A stretch of DNA of 64,000 nucleotides from Mobula birostris (GCF_030028105.1 NC_092395.1:21978424-22042423); one strand, 5' to 3'. Counted from the stretch's first letter, positions 13,298 to 25,760 are shown. Notes: generated by a model not told the origin, from the letters alone. Numbers and translations are program-made.

Positions 13298-13836
13298 TGA
13301 GGTGTGTAGGGTGTCCAGGGAGGGGAAGCACCTCTGGTGAAGGGGCTTGTCGTGCCCATTCTGAGGCAGCTCACTCGTTTTTGGTTCAGACCAGGCACTC
13401 AGCTCTTACCTGTGGCTTCAAGTTGCTGTTTGCATCTGACTGTGGCCACACCTCAGTACACCGCTTCAGCAGATGGGCCAACCTAGGTGAGGGTAGCGGG
13501 TGGCCTCACACCCCAGTGAGACAGGGACATGCCTGTCCCAGCCTGGAACGTCAGCTCCAGTGGACTGGGTGGATTAGAGCTACAGTGAGATCCAATAGTC
13601 GGGAAGGCAGCACTGCAACACTCTGTGGAGAGCAAAGGACGTGACAAGGCACAGAAGATGTCATGGTCATCTGTTGCAATCACTGAAGACCCCAGTTTGT
13701 GACACTTATTCGTACCACTGGACCAGATTTCGGAGGTCAAGAGAGTGAAATTTTCCCAGTGCATGGCTTTGCCACTTTAAAAACTCCCCCACGCAGGTTT
13801 CCTGTCATTGTCAGACACAACAGACAACTACCATCC
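13298..13836 (+). mobile_element. RTE-type non-autonomous element
   Basis: GC-rich and non-coding; TSD ACTGAAT at 13291-13297 and 13837-13843 (11 bp with 1 mismatch if extended). Confidence 0.6.
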
Positions 13837-14677
13837 ACTGAATCATAACATCTTCCCACATTCTGCCCTTTCTTCATTGCAATTACTTTCCAGCTGGTCC
13901 TTCAGCCACTGGAAATAATGTCTTACCTTAAACTCTACAAAATCTTCCTAAGTTGTTGGCTGTCACTTGTGTCTCTTTAAACAGGACATCTTCCCCAGAC
14001 TCACTATCCAATAGAGACACACTCTGGAAAAACCGATGCTTTAACAGCTGAAGGATAGCTTCAAAGAGCCAAATTGTTTTCCAGCTAACCAAGCAAGTCT
14101 TTCCTCTGGGCAGGAAGAAAATTAAAATCCCAGTGCACATCTTATTCACATTAACCTCCTCACAGATCAATCGATTACACTACAACAACTAGTTATAGTG
14201 TTATAAATAAGGCTGCTCTACACATAATACCCAAGTTAATGAGTGGATGGGTGCCTTTCAGATTAACATGATCACCTCAGTTTTCTGGGGGAGAAAAAGC
14301 ACTGGTATCTAACTCAGGTGACTTATAGCTTATGGCTTAGCCTGTAGCTCCCAAACAGATTCTTTTCTATTAATGCTGTCACCACACCCATTATTCATAA
14401 GGTAAAAGACTGCATGGTACCAAAGGATCGAGGCCCAATGTAAAAGAAAACAGTTGATAGGTCACCAGTCTTCTGGGAATATGACACTCTTCGAACTTCA
14501 GATCCACCACGGAGGTTGAATCCAATTACACAGGTAGATTGTTTGGCAAACATAGTGCAAGGCTCCATCGTTCTGGTCCACACTGAGTGAGGCTATTCCA
14601 ATCAGGGTAAAAGTTAGTGGTTAAAATGTGCCTCATTAACTTTGGAAGAAATTCAAACACAAATCTCTCCTTGAAAG

Positions 14678-14856
14678 AGAGTGTGTGTGTGTTTTGTGTG
14701 TATGAGAGAGAAAGAGGGAAAGATATTGTTTATATCTAAGTGTGTGTAAATGCCTGTGTGTGTGAGTCTGTGGGTATGTATATATAAGTATGTATATATA
14801 CTGTACATACCATTGAAAAAATTGATGAATTGTGTGTGCACACACACCCACACACC
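14678..14856. repeat. Compound TG/TA/GA/CA low-complexity tract
   Basis: Read directly from the sequence. Confidence 0.8.
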
Positions 14857-15829
14857 TGTACAGCTGGACTCAGGCCCAACACAGGACTTGGTCAATACAC
14901 CTGTCATATTTCTTTGCATGACAAGACTCAAATAGTCCATGGGCAATAGGGTGCCAACTGAGTTGTGGCACGTGCTCTGCTGTCATGGAAATGGTGAGAA
15001 TATATTCGTGGATGGTTGCCATTCTGGCTCAGCGGAAGAGTTCTAGCTCAGTGAATAGTGTTTGAACTCAAGGACTGTGTTTTATCTAAGGTGGATAGTT
15101 TGAGCACAGGGAAAGAATGGGGCAGTTCAAAATCCGACATGCGTGACGGTTCCTTGTCCTTTGATATCCAGGACGTTTGACTTCCACACGTACACACTGC
15201 CACATCAAAGTTAGAAATGTGCGTGGATCAGTGCCAGCACATCCACCCTCCTGACTTCCCACTGGATTCACCAGAGCCTCCCGTGGTAGTTTGGAACCGT
15301 ACAGAGTTGGGGGCTGAATGTTCCTCTCATCCAGTCCTTCGGCTTCACTTTCATTGCTACAAGACTTCAGTATAAGAGTAAAGAGGACTTACTACAATTA
15401 TAAACAGATCCACCCCAGTTTACAAGCATCTGATGTATAAACACTGCATACATACGAATTAGCATTTGGGAGACAGGTGGGATGAAGGTGGATGGATTGG
15501 CTGGCTGTTGAGGGGCTGCAGGTATCTCTGCTGGATGGGAATGGGGCATTTCTATGTGTCTTCCCTCCCCACCCCTACCCAACCTGAGCCACAACAATTG
15601 GGAGCTCCTTTAAGCCGAGCAGAGCCAGGGGCTCTGATCAGACTTACCCATTCACTGAATCAGTGAAGCCGGCTGTCAGCAACTCTTCCCATGCCTGCTC
15701 GCTCTTCTGTAACCGCTGTCCCTGTGATCCTCTCCCACACACAGTCCTTGTTCATTTCCAATCTAAGAACCATTTGAATTACTGACAATTCTCAAGAACA
15801 GAACTCTGGAGAATTTCTGCACTGGCATG

Positions 15830-16260
15830 GTCAGCCTCACCTGGTGCACTGCGTATAACTTTGCTCTACTAACTTAGGGAAAGGATAGACCCACTGTAGC
15901 AGAATTGCAGCAAACATTCACAAAACCAGTTCCACAGAAGGCAGGTGTGTTAAATGCAGAGTTAGTTACTCCTTTAGAATTCAGAAGGATCGCGCATGAC
16001 TTCATTGAAATGTACAATATTCTTAAAGGGCTAAGAAACAGGGATGATGTTTCCCTTGGCTGAAGTCTTGTATTGGATATTAGAGATGCAAACTGGGGAT
16101 GGCCATTTAAGACTGAAGTGAGGAGAAATTTCTTTACTCAGAGGGTGGTGAATCTTTGATTCTCAATCTTGGAGCACTTTAGGGGAGCTCAGTTATTGAT
16201 TTTATTCACAGCTGAGTCTGAATATCCTGGGTATTAGAGGAGCTGAAGGATATGAAGATA
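15830..16260 (+). mobile_element. Degenerate CR1 3' part
   Basis: GTCAGCCTCACCTGG...AGGAGAAATTTCTTTACTCAGAGGGTGGTGAATCT. Confidence 0.65.
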
Positions 16261-17489
16261 GGCAAGAAAATGTTGCAAGGTAGAAGAACATCCAAATGTC
16301 CCATCTGTTCAAATGTCTTCATTTGTTTTTATGTTCACTCCAAAAGGAATGCCGTTTTAACAACCAATCGTCATCGTAAGGCTGGGTTAATTTTGTTTTA
16401 TTTCACTTTATGTTTTTGTAATACATTTACAGTACTTGATGTATTTTTAATTAAGTTTATTGTATTACATTTTCCGTTATTTTTTTAAATGTTCTTAATT
16501 TCTTTTAATTGCCACAATCTCCAAAATTGATGTTATTTATAACCAGTGAAGCCTGCCTTTGATGACAGTGAGTTGTCCAAGGTCAAAGGTGCAGTCCTGG
16601 AGATGACAGGTCCTTGGATTCTGCGATCTGGGGCCTGGTTGTTGCTTGTAGCCTGCTTTGCTTTATAATGGGAATGTAGGATGATGTCTCCAATACAGTG
16701 CTGTCTGCTGGGCTACCAAAGATTAATGCTGCCACGGGAGTCACACAGCAGTGGTGCAGAAGGTTGTTGTGGGGTAAATGTAAGAGTCTCAGTGCTTTAT
16801 TTTTTTGGTGATCATAAATACAAATCAGCTGTTTCTCTTGAGAGGCAACGATTAGAAGACAGAGAAATGTAGTCAAATCCTTCTGTTCATGGAAAATTGG
16901 ATTCAGATCCCAGAGGAAATTAAAGGATTTGCAAGGAACTAATAGGGACTTCCTCAGTTTTTTCTTGCCCTTTTGCTGAGGTAATATCCTTTTCCATGAC
17001 CTCAAAGTATCATTTTTCCTCATAAAACAATAAAGTATTACAGCATAGGAAGAGGCTATTCAGACTATCATGTCCACATTAAATCAAGAAATCTACATCC
17101 AAACTACAGACATAAACACAATACTTGATCACAAGAGGAATCAAAGTAAACTTCCTTTCTGGTTTTGCACAAAAGCTGCAGACGTGAGTGGCTAATGACT
17201 GGGAATACGAAAGACCGATTTCCTAATTTGAGAAGGTTGAGGTGACAAAAATTTCTATCAACTAATAACACTCCGCATGAAGGGTCTTAGCCTGAAACAT
17301 CAACCGTTCATTCATTTCCATAGACGCTGCCTGACTGCTAAGCTCCTCCTGCATTTTGTATGTGAAACTACTGGCACTGCCTTCCTTTGCAAGAGGACTT
17401 TCCATTGGGAGGTGGATGTCTTGAGATTGCAAGTATTTGTCGCCCATCTCCAATCACCCTGAAACATTTATCCTTTCCAGACAACTGAT

Positions 17490-17730
17490 TGTTTGGAATT
17501 TTTGTAGGTTTCCCCTGGGTGCTCTGGATTTCTCCCACATCCCAAAAATGTGCAGGCTGGTAAGCTATTTACCAATTGTAAATTGTGCTTAATGTGTGGG
17601 TGAGTTGGGGAGGGGGGTGAGTTAATGGGAATGTGGGAAGAACAAAATGGGAATAGTGTAGGATTTGTGTAATCGGGTGTTTGATGATTGGCTTGATGGG
17701 CCAAAGAGCTTGCTTCTTTCCTCTAAGATG
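17490..17730 (+). mobile_element. V-SINE (5'-truncated)
   Basis: GGGTGCTCTGGATTTCTCCCACATCCCAAA. Confidence 0.65.
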
Positions 17731-18994
17731 TGACAAACTGATTTCTTTAACCAGTGCAACCTATGCAATGAAGAGACTCCAACAGTGCTGTACTAGAGGA
17801 AATTTCAGGGCTTAGATCCAGCAGTGATATATTTCTAAGGCAGGCTGATGTGCTGGCTGGGAGAGAGGTTGGAGGAGATGGCGGTCCCATTTCTTACTGC
17901 TCTTGTCCTTCTAGGAACAGAGTCTGTAAGGTTGAGAGGTGCTGTTGAAGAAGATTTTGCTAAAGACTGCAGTGTGGCCACATGGAGGATGTGAAATGTC
18001 TTGCATTGAAACAAGACACTATTCTACTGCACAATATGGCGGGACTGCCTACCCATTGTGAGCATTTTTTCCTCAGCCAGTGCTAGCGGAGATTCTCATA
18101 AAGAGAGAGTGTCCTGACCTGAGAAGCAGCAGGCTGCCCTCTGTCTAAGGTACAAATCACCAACGCAATCTGACTGAGGTCTGGGGAGCACTAAAAGCAA
18201 TGATCCAGGCCAGGTAGCTAGCAGCCGACTTAATTACTTAATGGGCTGCCTGCCGGTCTGTGTCTTGGTATCTTTAACAGCCAATTGCTTCCTAATACTT
18301 GAGCCATTAAGCTGAATGCACTTATTTCAAAATATTATTCACGGTTTTGTCGATTAATGCTCATGCCTCTGTGAATGAGGAATCTGCTGAAATGCGCACC
18401 GTGTGAATAATTACAAACAAAAGGAAAGGTTTATAATTGGTTTTTGCACAGCAAGGTTCCAGGTACAACTGTGATTAGACCGTGCAAAATGAGTTCATTA
18501 CAGCTTTCAGATTATCAGTTTTCCACTCATTGTAGGCTTTATCATACCCCCAACCCCTGCCAATTATCAAGAGACATTAGTACCAGAGTCCGGAATATTT
18601 CTACTTTGGGTTCTGAACACCATTCGCGAGCTTTGCCTGTTCCCGGTTTTCTCTCTGTAAAGTGGTCCACGCTAACAATCAGCATCCAGGCTGCAAAATA
18701 CTTTCCCGTACTGTGCTGTGCCCTAAACTTGCCATCACATCACAGCCACCAGCCACAGTCCCTGTGTGGGAGGGTTCTTCAAGCACCTTATGAATTTATG
18801 AAAGCAAAGTAAAAGTCACTAAAAGAAAATTGCCTCCTCCCCTCGCCCATTTACTTTGCCTTTTAAAGTTTGTTTTTTTAATCCCCAATTTTTCCCAGTT
18901 CTGATGGTATGTCATGAACCTCAAATGGTATCTCTCTATCTCTCCCCACAGAAGCTGACTTACCTACTGTGCATTTCCAACACTTTATGTTCAT

Positions 18995-19325
18995 AAAGAT
19001 CAAAGATTAGATTTACTTGTCACATGTACAGTATGTATTGAAACATCGAAACATGAGGTGCAATGTGCCATTTGCATCAGTCACCAGATGTCTGAGAATA
19101 TGCTGGAGGCAGGTGACACCATACTTCCAATGCCAGCACAGCATGCCCACAATTTATTAACCCTTGGCAACCCGTATATATTTGGAATGTGAGAGGAAAG
19201 TGGAGCATTTAGAGGAAATCCATGTGGTCAGGGAGAAAGCGCAACTCCTTACAGTCAGCAGTAGAACTGAACCCAGGTTGCCAATGCTGTAAAGCATTAT
19301 GCTAGCTACTGCTCTACCAGGCTGC
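18995..19325 (-). mobile_element. V-SINE
   Basis: Reverse complement of the V-SINE head and V-domain. Confidence 0.65.
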
Positions 19326-19546
19326 TCATATTTACGTTATTTTAAATCAAAATATGATTTTGTTTCTTGTCTGTAGAGCATAACACTCCCTTGTTAATCT
19401 AAGGACATTTACTACGATTTGCAGTTAGCAAGAACTGTGTCAGTCTTTTTTAATCTACCATTGGTCCATGTAATCCAGACACAGACTGCAGCAGCTCTCA
19501 GAAACACAGGGAGTTTACACTCTCTCCCTGACAGGACAAAACTTAC

Positions 19547-19626
19547 CGCCATTGTCTGACTGCCGTGTAGTGCGTTAATGGCTGCCTGGGCTTCAGTGTG
19601 TGTGGAGAACTTCACAAATGCGCAAC
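19547..19626 (-). CDS. CELF5: CELF5-like coding exon, RNP1 of RRM2
   Basis: 80 nt; acceptor TTTCTGCGTAG|GT, donor GCG|GTAAGT. Translates (G)[26 protein letters not shown], in frame with both neighbouring exons. Confidence 0.93.
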
Positions 19627-19814
19627 CTACGCAGAAATGAAGAGGGGTGGGGAGCACAGAAAAGAGCATTAATTGTGCAGCAATAAACCCAATGGTCCAC
19701 AAGAGCCTCTTCATGCTTTACTTCACCCTTCAGCACCTCCTGCACAAGCCTAACTTCTCTTTAAGTATTCTTATTCTATTTGTCCCAGCTATCCCCTTTG
19801 GTAATTGGTCCCAG

Positions 19815-20125
19815 GACTTTATATTTTATACTTTATTGTCGCCAAACAATTGATACTAGAATGTACGATCACCACAGCGATATTTGATTCTGCGCTTCCC
19901 GCTCCCTGGATTACAAATATTAAATATTAAAAATATTAAAAATTAGTAAATATTAAAAATTTAAATTATAAATCATAAATAGAAAATACAAAAATGTAAA
20001 GTAAGGTAGTGCAAAAAAACTGAGAGGTAGGTCCAGATATTTGGAGGGTACGGCCCAGATCCGGGTCAGGATCCATTCAGCAGTCTTATCACAGTCGGAA
20101 AGAAGCTGTTCCCAAATCTGGCTCT
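19815..20125 (-). mobile_element. Rex1/Babar-type 3' end
   Basis: Minus strand reads RFGNSFFPTVIRLLNGS, then an AT-rich 3' UTR with AATAAA. Confidence 0.65.
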
Positions 20126-20244
20126 AGCAATACCTCAGAAAAGGCATTTATTCTGAGATTCCCATTGGATCTACTAGTGTCCATATTATATTAATGGTCC
20201 CAAAGGATCTTCTCACCCCATTGCAAGAAAGGACATTGTTTCAG

Positions 20245-20475
20245 TTATTTAGCGATACAGCGCAGTAACAGGTCCTTCCAGCTCACACTGCCCAATTACG
20301 CCCTTGTGACCAATTAACTTGCTAACCTGTACGCCTTTAGAATGTGGGAAGGAATGGAAGCACATTCCATGGGTCAAGGAGGGAACGTACAAACCCCCTA
20401 CAGACAGTGACGGAAAATAAACTTGTGTCACTGGCACTGTGATAGCGTTACACCAACCGCTACATTAGCATACCA
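20245..20475 (-). mobile_element. V-SINE
   Basis: Reverse complement of 23015-23260. Confidence 0.7.
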
Positions 20476-20604
20476 CATCCACTTTTTTTCTAAACAAGCC
20501 GCTTCCAGATAAGACAGCCCTGGTCTGATCAAACCCTTCTGACTTCTCAGCTCTGGTGTCATTTTAAACTGATGATTTCCCACACCCACAAAGAGTGGAC
20601 TCAC

Positions 20605-20733
20605 CTTTACTGTTCCCGTCTGGTCCTCGTAGAACTGTGCATTCCTCTATGACGCCAAAAGATTCAAAGAGCCTGTACACGTCATCTTCTGTTTGCTGCT
20701 TGTTTAACATGCCTACAAATAATTTTCTGTCTT
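20605..20733 (-). CDS. CELF5: CELF-family (CELF5-like) coding exon, N-terminal half of RRM2
   Basis: 129 nt; acceptor TGTTTCAG|AA, donor AAAG|GTGAGT. Translates (E)[42 protein letters not shown](G), containing the RNP2 motif LFVGML of CELF RRM2; phase 1/1. Absent from the ORF track. Confidence 0.93.
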
Positions 20734-21094
20734 CTGAAACAAAAAGACATATTGTTTAGTAAAGCACAGGGTTCACAACTGGGGTAAGGTTGTTGAAGTG
20801 GGTCTACAATTACTGTTTTGTTCAAGCTTTGCTCCGTAAACATTGACTGTCAGGAGGAAGGTGGTGTGAAGTGGGGTGGAGGTTGAATATTTCTCACCTC
20901 CAATTAACAAAAACACCTAGTGTTTTTATAATCTGTAAATGAGAAATATTCAAGACCTAGTTAGAGTAGAGTTCAACTCCACCTGTCTATTCAAACAAAT
21001 GTCCATCCTCTGCAAGGCATAGCTTCCTTGTTTCAGCGTTACATTTTCTGTCTGCTGCATTGATCTTATAGCATAGTCTTAAAAAAGAAGTTGT

Positions 21095-21450
21095 CATAGA
21101 GTCATAGAAGAGTACAGCACAGAAACAGGCCTTTTGGCCCATCTAGTCCAAATACCTTAAAATTATCCCCCCTGGTATTAGCCATTTCCATCCTGGGAAA
21201 AAGTCTTTGGCTATCCACTAGATCTATGCCTCTTATCATCTTATATACCTCTATCAAGTTATCTCTCACCTTCCTTCCCTCCAGACAGAAAAGCCCTGGC
21301 TTGCTCAACCTATCTTCTATTTTCTATTGAGCTTAGAAAAATAGAGGGCTACGGGTAACCCTAGGTAATTTCTAAAGTAAGTACATGTTTGGCACAGCAT
21401 TGTGGGCCGAAGGGCCTGTATTGTGCTGTAGGTTTTCTATGTTTCTATCC
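21095..21450. mobile_element. CR1 3' fragments in inverted arrangement
   Basis: Minus fragment 21095-21315 (NLIEVYKMIRGIDLVDSQRLFP) abuts a plus-strand tail at 21330-21450. Confidence 0.7.
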
Positions 21451-21769
21451 TCATAGGGCATAAAACAGACTTCACCTGAACTTAGCGCACGTAGTCACAT
21501 CTTGTCAGGCTCAAGTTAGGTAGCGGGCTCTACATTTGCAAGAAATCCTCAGCAGTGCTTGTCCAACCCAGCTATTGTGAGGTTGGAGTAACTCCCTTTA
21601 ATTAAACTTTTGCTCGTTTAGAAGGTAGGTCTGCAAAAATGCTCAAGGGAATTCCCATTTGCCTGGAATTTATGATGTTCTGGTGCCAACCACTGAAGGC
21701 AGATGGAAAAGGAACGAAAGGTTTTGAGGGAAGCTTTAACTGCTCTGATCCTTTCAATTCAACCACATG

Positions 21770-22326
21770 CACTGTGTGGCCACTTTGTTAGCTACCTCTT
21801 GTACCTAACAAAGTAGCCACTGAGTGTATTTTCATGGTCCTCTGCTACTGTCCCATTATCTTCAAGGTTCGACATAGTGTGCATTCAGAGATGCTCTTCC
21901 ATACACCACTGCTGTAATACATGGTTATGTGAGTTACTGCCACCTTCCTGTCAACTTCAAGCTAGTCTGGCCATTTTCCTCTGACCTCTCTCATTAATAA
22001 GGTGCTTTCGCCCACAGAACTGTCGTTCGCTGGATGATTTCTGTTTCCCGCATCATTCTCTATAAATGCTAGAGGTTGTGCATGAAAATCCCAGGAGATC
22101 AGCAGCTTCTGAGATACGCAAACCACCCTGTCAAGCACCAACAATCATTCCAAGGTCAAAGTCACTTAGATCACATTTCTTCCCCATTCTGATGTTTGGT
22201 CTCAATGACAACTGAACCTCTTGACCACGTCTGCATGCTTTTATGCATTGAGTTGCTGCCACATGATTGGCTGATTAAATATTTGCAATAGCAAACAGGC
22301 GTACCTAATAAAGTGGCCACTGAGTG
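21770..22326. mobile_element. Tc1-like non-autonomous element
   Basis: TIR consensus CACTCAGTGGCCACTTTATTAGGTAC at both ends, TA at 22327-22328, plus an extra internal TIR. Confidence 0.8.
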
Positions 22327-23014
22327 TATAATTCAGGAATTATTCTAATATGTACTGAATACATGAATTGTCTATCACGGAGAAAAGCTAGAAATGCCTA
22401 CAAGACCATCACATTTTCATAGACCTATTGCTTGCTCATAGTATTTCAGGGAACACAGAAGTTAGACAGCTGGATGGTCAGTCAGATTTATTTGGATAGA
22501 CAGCATAGTCTTTTTCATTTACTTTAACTTGTGATCTTGTGAACTGCTCAAAAGAGTGAATCATCAAAACAAAACACTGACAACAATAAACCTTTCTCTA
22601 ATGACATCCCAATATATTCACAAATAATACGATGCGGCAAATGTGACAATATGGTTTTTCATTCCCTTTCTGTCACGCTGCATCAAGCCAAGCCTGGGGC
22701 CACAAGAGTGTTCACATCATAGCTCTGGGAATCTTTCCGACTGCAGCTTCTGCGATCATCATTCACCAAGCAAACTAATAGCACTGTGCGTGTCAGTGGA
22801 AGGATCTGTGTCATTGGTGAAAGGAAAGAAGAAAAACATCACAGAGCCCAGCTACAATGAACTAAGGCTTCTCTGATATATAAAAAAAAATCCACATTAT
22901 TTCTGGCCTAATGTCACAGGGGCATTTTACTTAAATATAGAATCTTCACCCCAAAACAGATCACACGGCTATTAATGAAGAAGGCTGTTGGAATTTTACC
23001 CAAGAGGATAACAG

Positions 23015-23260
23015 GTGGCGCGGTCGTGTGGTGGTTAGCGTAATGCTAGTACAGCACCAGCAACCCCAGGCTCACTCCCTGACATCTGTAAGGAGTTTGT
23101 ATGTTCTCCCCAGGACTACGGGGGTTTCCTCCGGGTGCTCTGGTTTCCTCCCACATTCCAAAGATTTACAGGTTAGTAGGTCAATTGGTCACATGGGTTT
23201 AATTGGGCCATGCGTGCTTGTTGGGCTAGAAGGGCCTGTTACTGTGCTGTATCTCCAGAA
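23015..23260 (+). mobile_element. V-SINE
   Basis: GTGGTTAGCG..GGTTTCCTCCGGGTGCTCTGGTTTCCTCCCACATTCCAAAGA. Confidence 0.8.
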
Positions 23261-24529
23261 AAATAACCCAGGTGGAACAACGTAAAATACGCTAAAGAAG
23301 AAGATTAGGGAGACATAACCAGGCAACATCAGCCTTACACTGAGGAAACCTGAAAGATATTAGGAAGGCAGTAACCCAAGTGGGACTGGTGATATAGAGG
23401 ATGGAAATATCAAGAGCTCTCATGACCTCATCACATCGATTAGGATTGTCCTGACATGTAACAACTGGGAGTATATTGCAGGCTATTGAGGAAATGTAAA
23501 GAATTTGCCTGAGATAATTAATAAGTGTGGCAAATAGTGGAGCTAAATAGACTGGTGCTGGCAAGTAATTTGGTGATGAGTAATCCCAAGTTAAAGACAG
23601 TGGAACCTGATTTAAATGTCATGCATAGAATTGACATTGGATATGAGACTGCGTGATTTTAAAGACAAGTGACACTGGACCTTGTGGGAAGACTGACTAC
23701 GAAGAAAATTTATAAATTTATCCTTCTAATTCCACCTGTAAATCTGAGACTCACAGCATGCGCATGTTAAGTCCAGTTCAAACTTCTTTTGGAATAGTTC
23801 ATTGCACTTGCCATGGCTGACCGCAGGCAGCAAGATTCAGACATTATGTGGCATGGTGCTGGACTTGTTGATAAGGCTACTATGAAGTCCCTTTGAATTG
23901 TATACCAGCGAAAAGGCACTATGTAACTTACATTTATTCATATTGCTCTGTGAAACACAGCAAAGTACTCCATAGGACTTCAATCAAACAAAAAATAGAA
24001 TTGAGAGAAAGGAGTGAAATAGGCTTTGAGTACCAACTTGGAGGAAAAGACAAAGGCAGTGCGCTCTATGGACAGAACTCCAACCATTATGATTTTAACA
24101 GAAGAGGAATAATTATTGAGTCTGGTTGTTAACTCTTCATTGACTGGATGAGAAGTCATTGACTTGAAATGCCAACTGCGATTTTCTCTCCTCATTTCTT
24201 GACCTACTGAATGTTTACAGCTTTCTCTGTTAGGCTGTCTTTGGTGGAAACTCTCCAATTAAGCAGCAAAGAGATGATTGGGTAATTTCCCTCTCCATCT
24301 AACTTTAGACCCTGCACTGACTGCAATCAATTCTATTCAAGGAGTTTATGAATAATAATTCTCCACTCCCTGCATTTCTCTGGAGAAATTACAGTGCTTT
24401 TACTCAAAGAAGTTCCTATAATTTGTTTTCTTTGCTCTTTGCTAAGTATGTTTGTGGAAAATGTTAAAACCTCCAAGATGTCACTCAGGTTAATTTCAAA
24501 TTATCTGGTAGAATTTACGAAAATCCTAA

Positions 24530-24975
24530 TTATAAGAGATAAAATACTGGAGAAACTCACTGAGCTAAAGGCAGGCAAGTCACCAGGATGCAATAGACAT
24601 TTGGATCATAAAGAAAGTAGATGCAAAGGTATTGGACAAAAATTTTCATAACTTATTAAACACTGGAAGGGTATCAGAAGACAGGAAAATAACCAATGTG
24701 ATTCCATTGTTCAAAGAAGAGTAAAGGCAGAAAGTAGGAAGCCACATGCCCATTAGTTTAACAGCTATTATTGGCAAGGTGCTACACTCAATAATCAAAG
24801 ACGAATTAACAAATAATTTAGAAAACCTGATATATAATTAAACATAGCCAATAAAGTCTTATAGAAGATATATCATGCTTGACAAATTTGCTTAACTTCT
24901 TTAAATATGTAACAGGGAGAGCTGACAGAGGGGAACCTGTATGTATAATGTATCTGACTTTCCAAAAGGCATTGA
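24530..24975 (+). mobile_element. Degenerate CR1 RT fragment
   Basis: KILEKLTELKAGKSPG; SCLTNLLNFF; YLTFQKA. Confidence 0.7.
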
Positions 24976-24979
24976 CCAT

Positions 24980-25113
24980 TAACTCAAATAACCATGCGTT
25001 ACAACAGTGGTGTGCAGAAGAGCATCTCTGAATGTACAGCATGTCAAACCTTGAAGATAATGGGCTACAGCAGCAGAAGACCAGGAAGAACCTAACAAAG
25101 TGGCCATTGAATA
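24980..25113. mobile_element. Fragment of the same Tc1-like family
   Basis: AACTCAAATAACCA...GGGCTACAGCAGCAGAAGACC...CCTAACAAAGTGGCCATTGA. Confidence 0.65.
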
Positions 25114-25574
25114 TAGATAAGCCATTTCATTCTGGGGCAAAGCCCACTGAAGGTTACTGAGCTTGTGAAGCCCCAAGCCAGAGAACAAGTCGTCCCTCCA
25201 GGGATCACCAAATATTAGAAGTCTGGAACTCACTGACTAATAGTGTGGTGGAACCAGAAATTTCCTCTGCACTTAGAAGATAATTTGAAGAGTGCTTGAA
25301 GAGCCATTACTTGCAGGCAATGAGCAAAGTGTATTCCCTTTTGACTATATAAAAAAATAGTCTTGTTGTAGTCAACTGTCTGCACATCAAAGGAATATGA
25401 AGATGCAAAAAGATGAGAAAAAGTTGGAGAGCCATCTTGATAAAGGTTATTTTTTCAAGGGTTTTACAAAATGGACATGGAGATGTGTTTCATTTGCATG
25501 GGAGTCCACAACAAGGGGTCATAATTTAGGATATAAACCCAGAGATGGTTAGAATATAGAACTTACTGCCACTT

Positions 25575-25760
25575 GGACACCCAGCAGGTCAGGCAGCATC
25601 TGTGGTGAGAAAAACAGAATTAACGCTTCATATTGATGCTCTGATAAAAGGTCATTGACCTGAAACTTCAACTCTGTTTCTGTCTCCACTGATGCTACCC
25701 GACCTACTGAGTGTTTCCAGCAGTTTCAAATTTTATTTCAGACCTCTGGCATCTGCAACT
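25575..25760. mobile_element. Penelope-derived foldback, second subfamily, hammerhead-like core
   Basis: CTGATAA-A-AGGTC-ATT-GACCT-GAAA at 25641-25665 with a perfect 5-bp stem II; inverted arms. Confidence 0.6.

Noticed and set aside
13298-13460. Possible HDV-like core in the second RTE-type element
   Set aside because: P1, P1.1 and J4/2 could not be assigned.
15663-15680. GTGAAGCCGGCTGTCAGC (VKPAVS), resembling the CELF linker VKPADS exon
   Set aside because: It is on the opposite strand to the gene and lies downstream of RRM2, with no RPIQ context or splice sites. The true exon was not found in the window.
16583-17023. 146-aa ORF (likewise 47830-48240 and other 60-140-aa ORFs)
   Set aside because: No motifs, splice context or coding character; such ORFs are expected by chance.
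19627-19714. Signal-peptide-like N-terminus of ORF 19412-19714
   Set aside because: It is intronic sequence upstream of the acceptor at 19627.
19729-19750. TTCAGCACC, a REST/NRSE left half-site near an exon
   Set aside because: No GGACAG right half-site follows.
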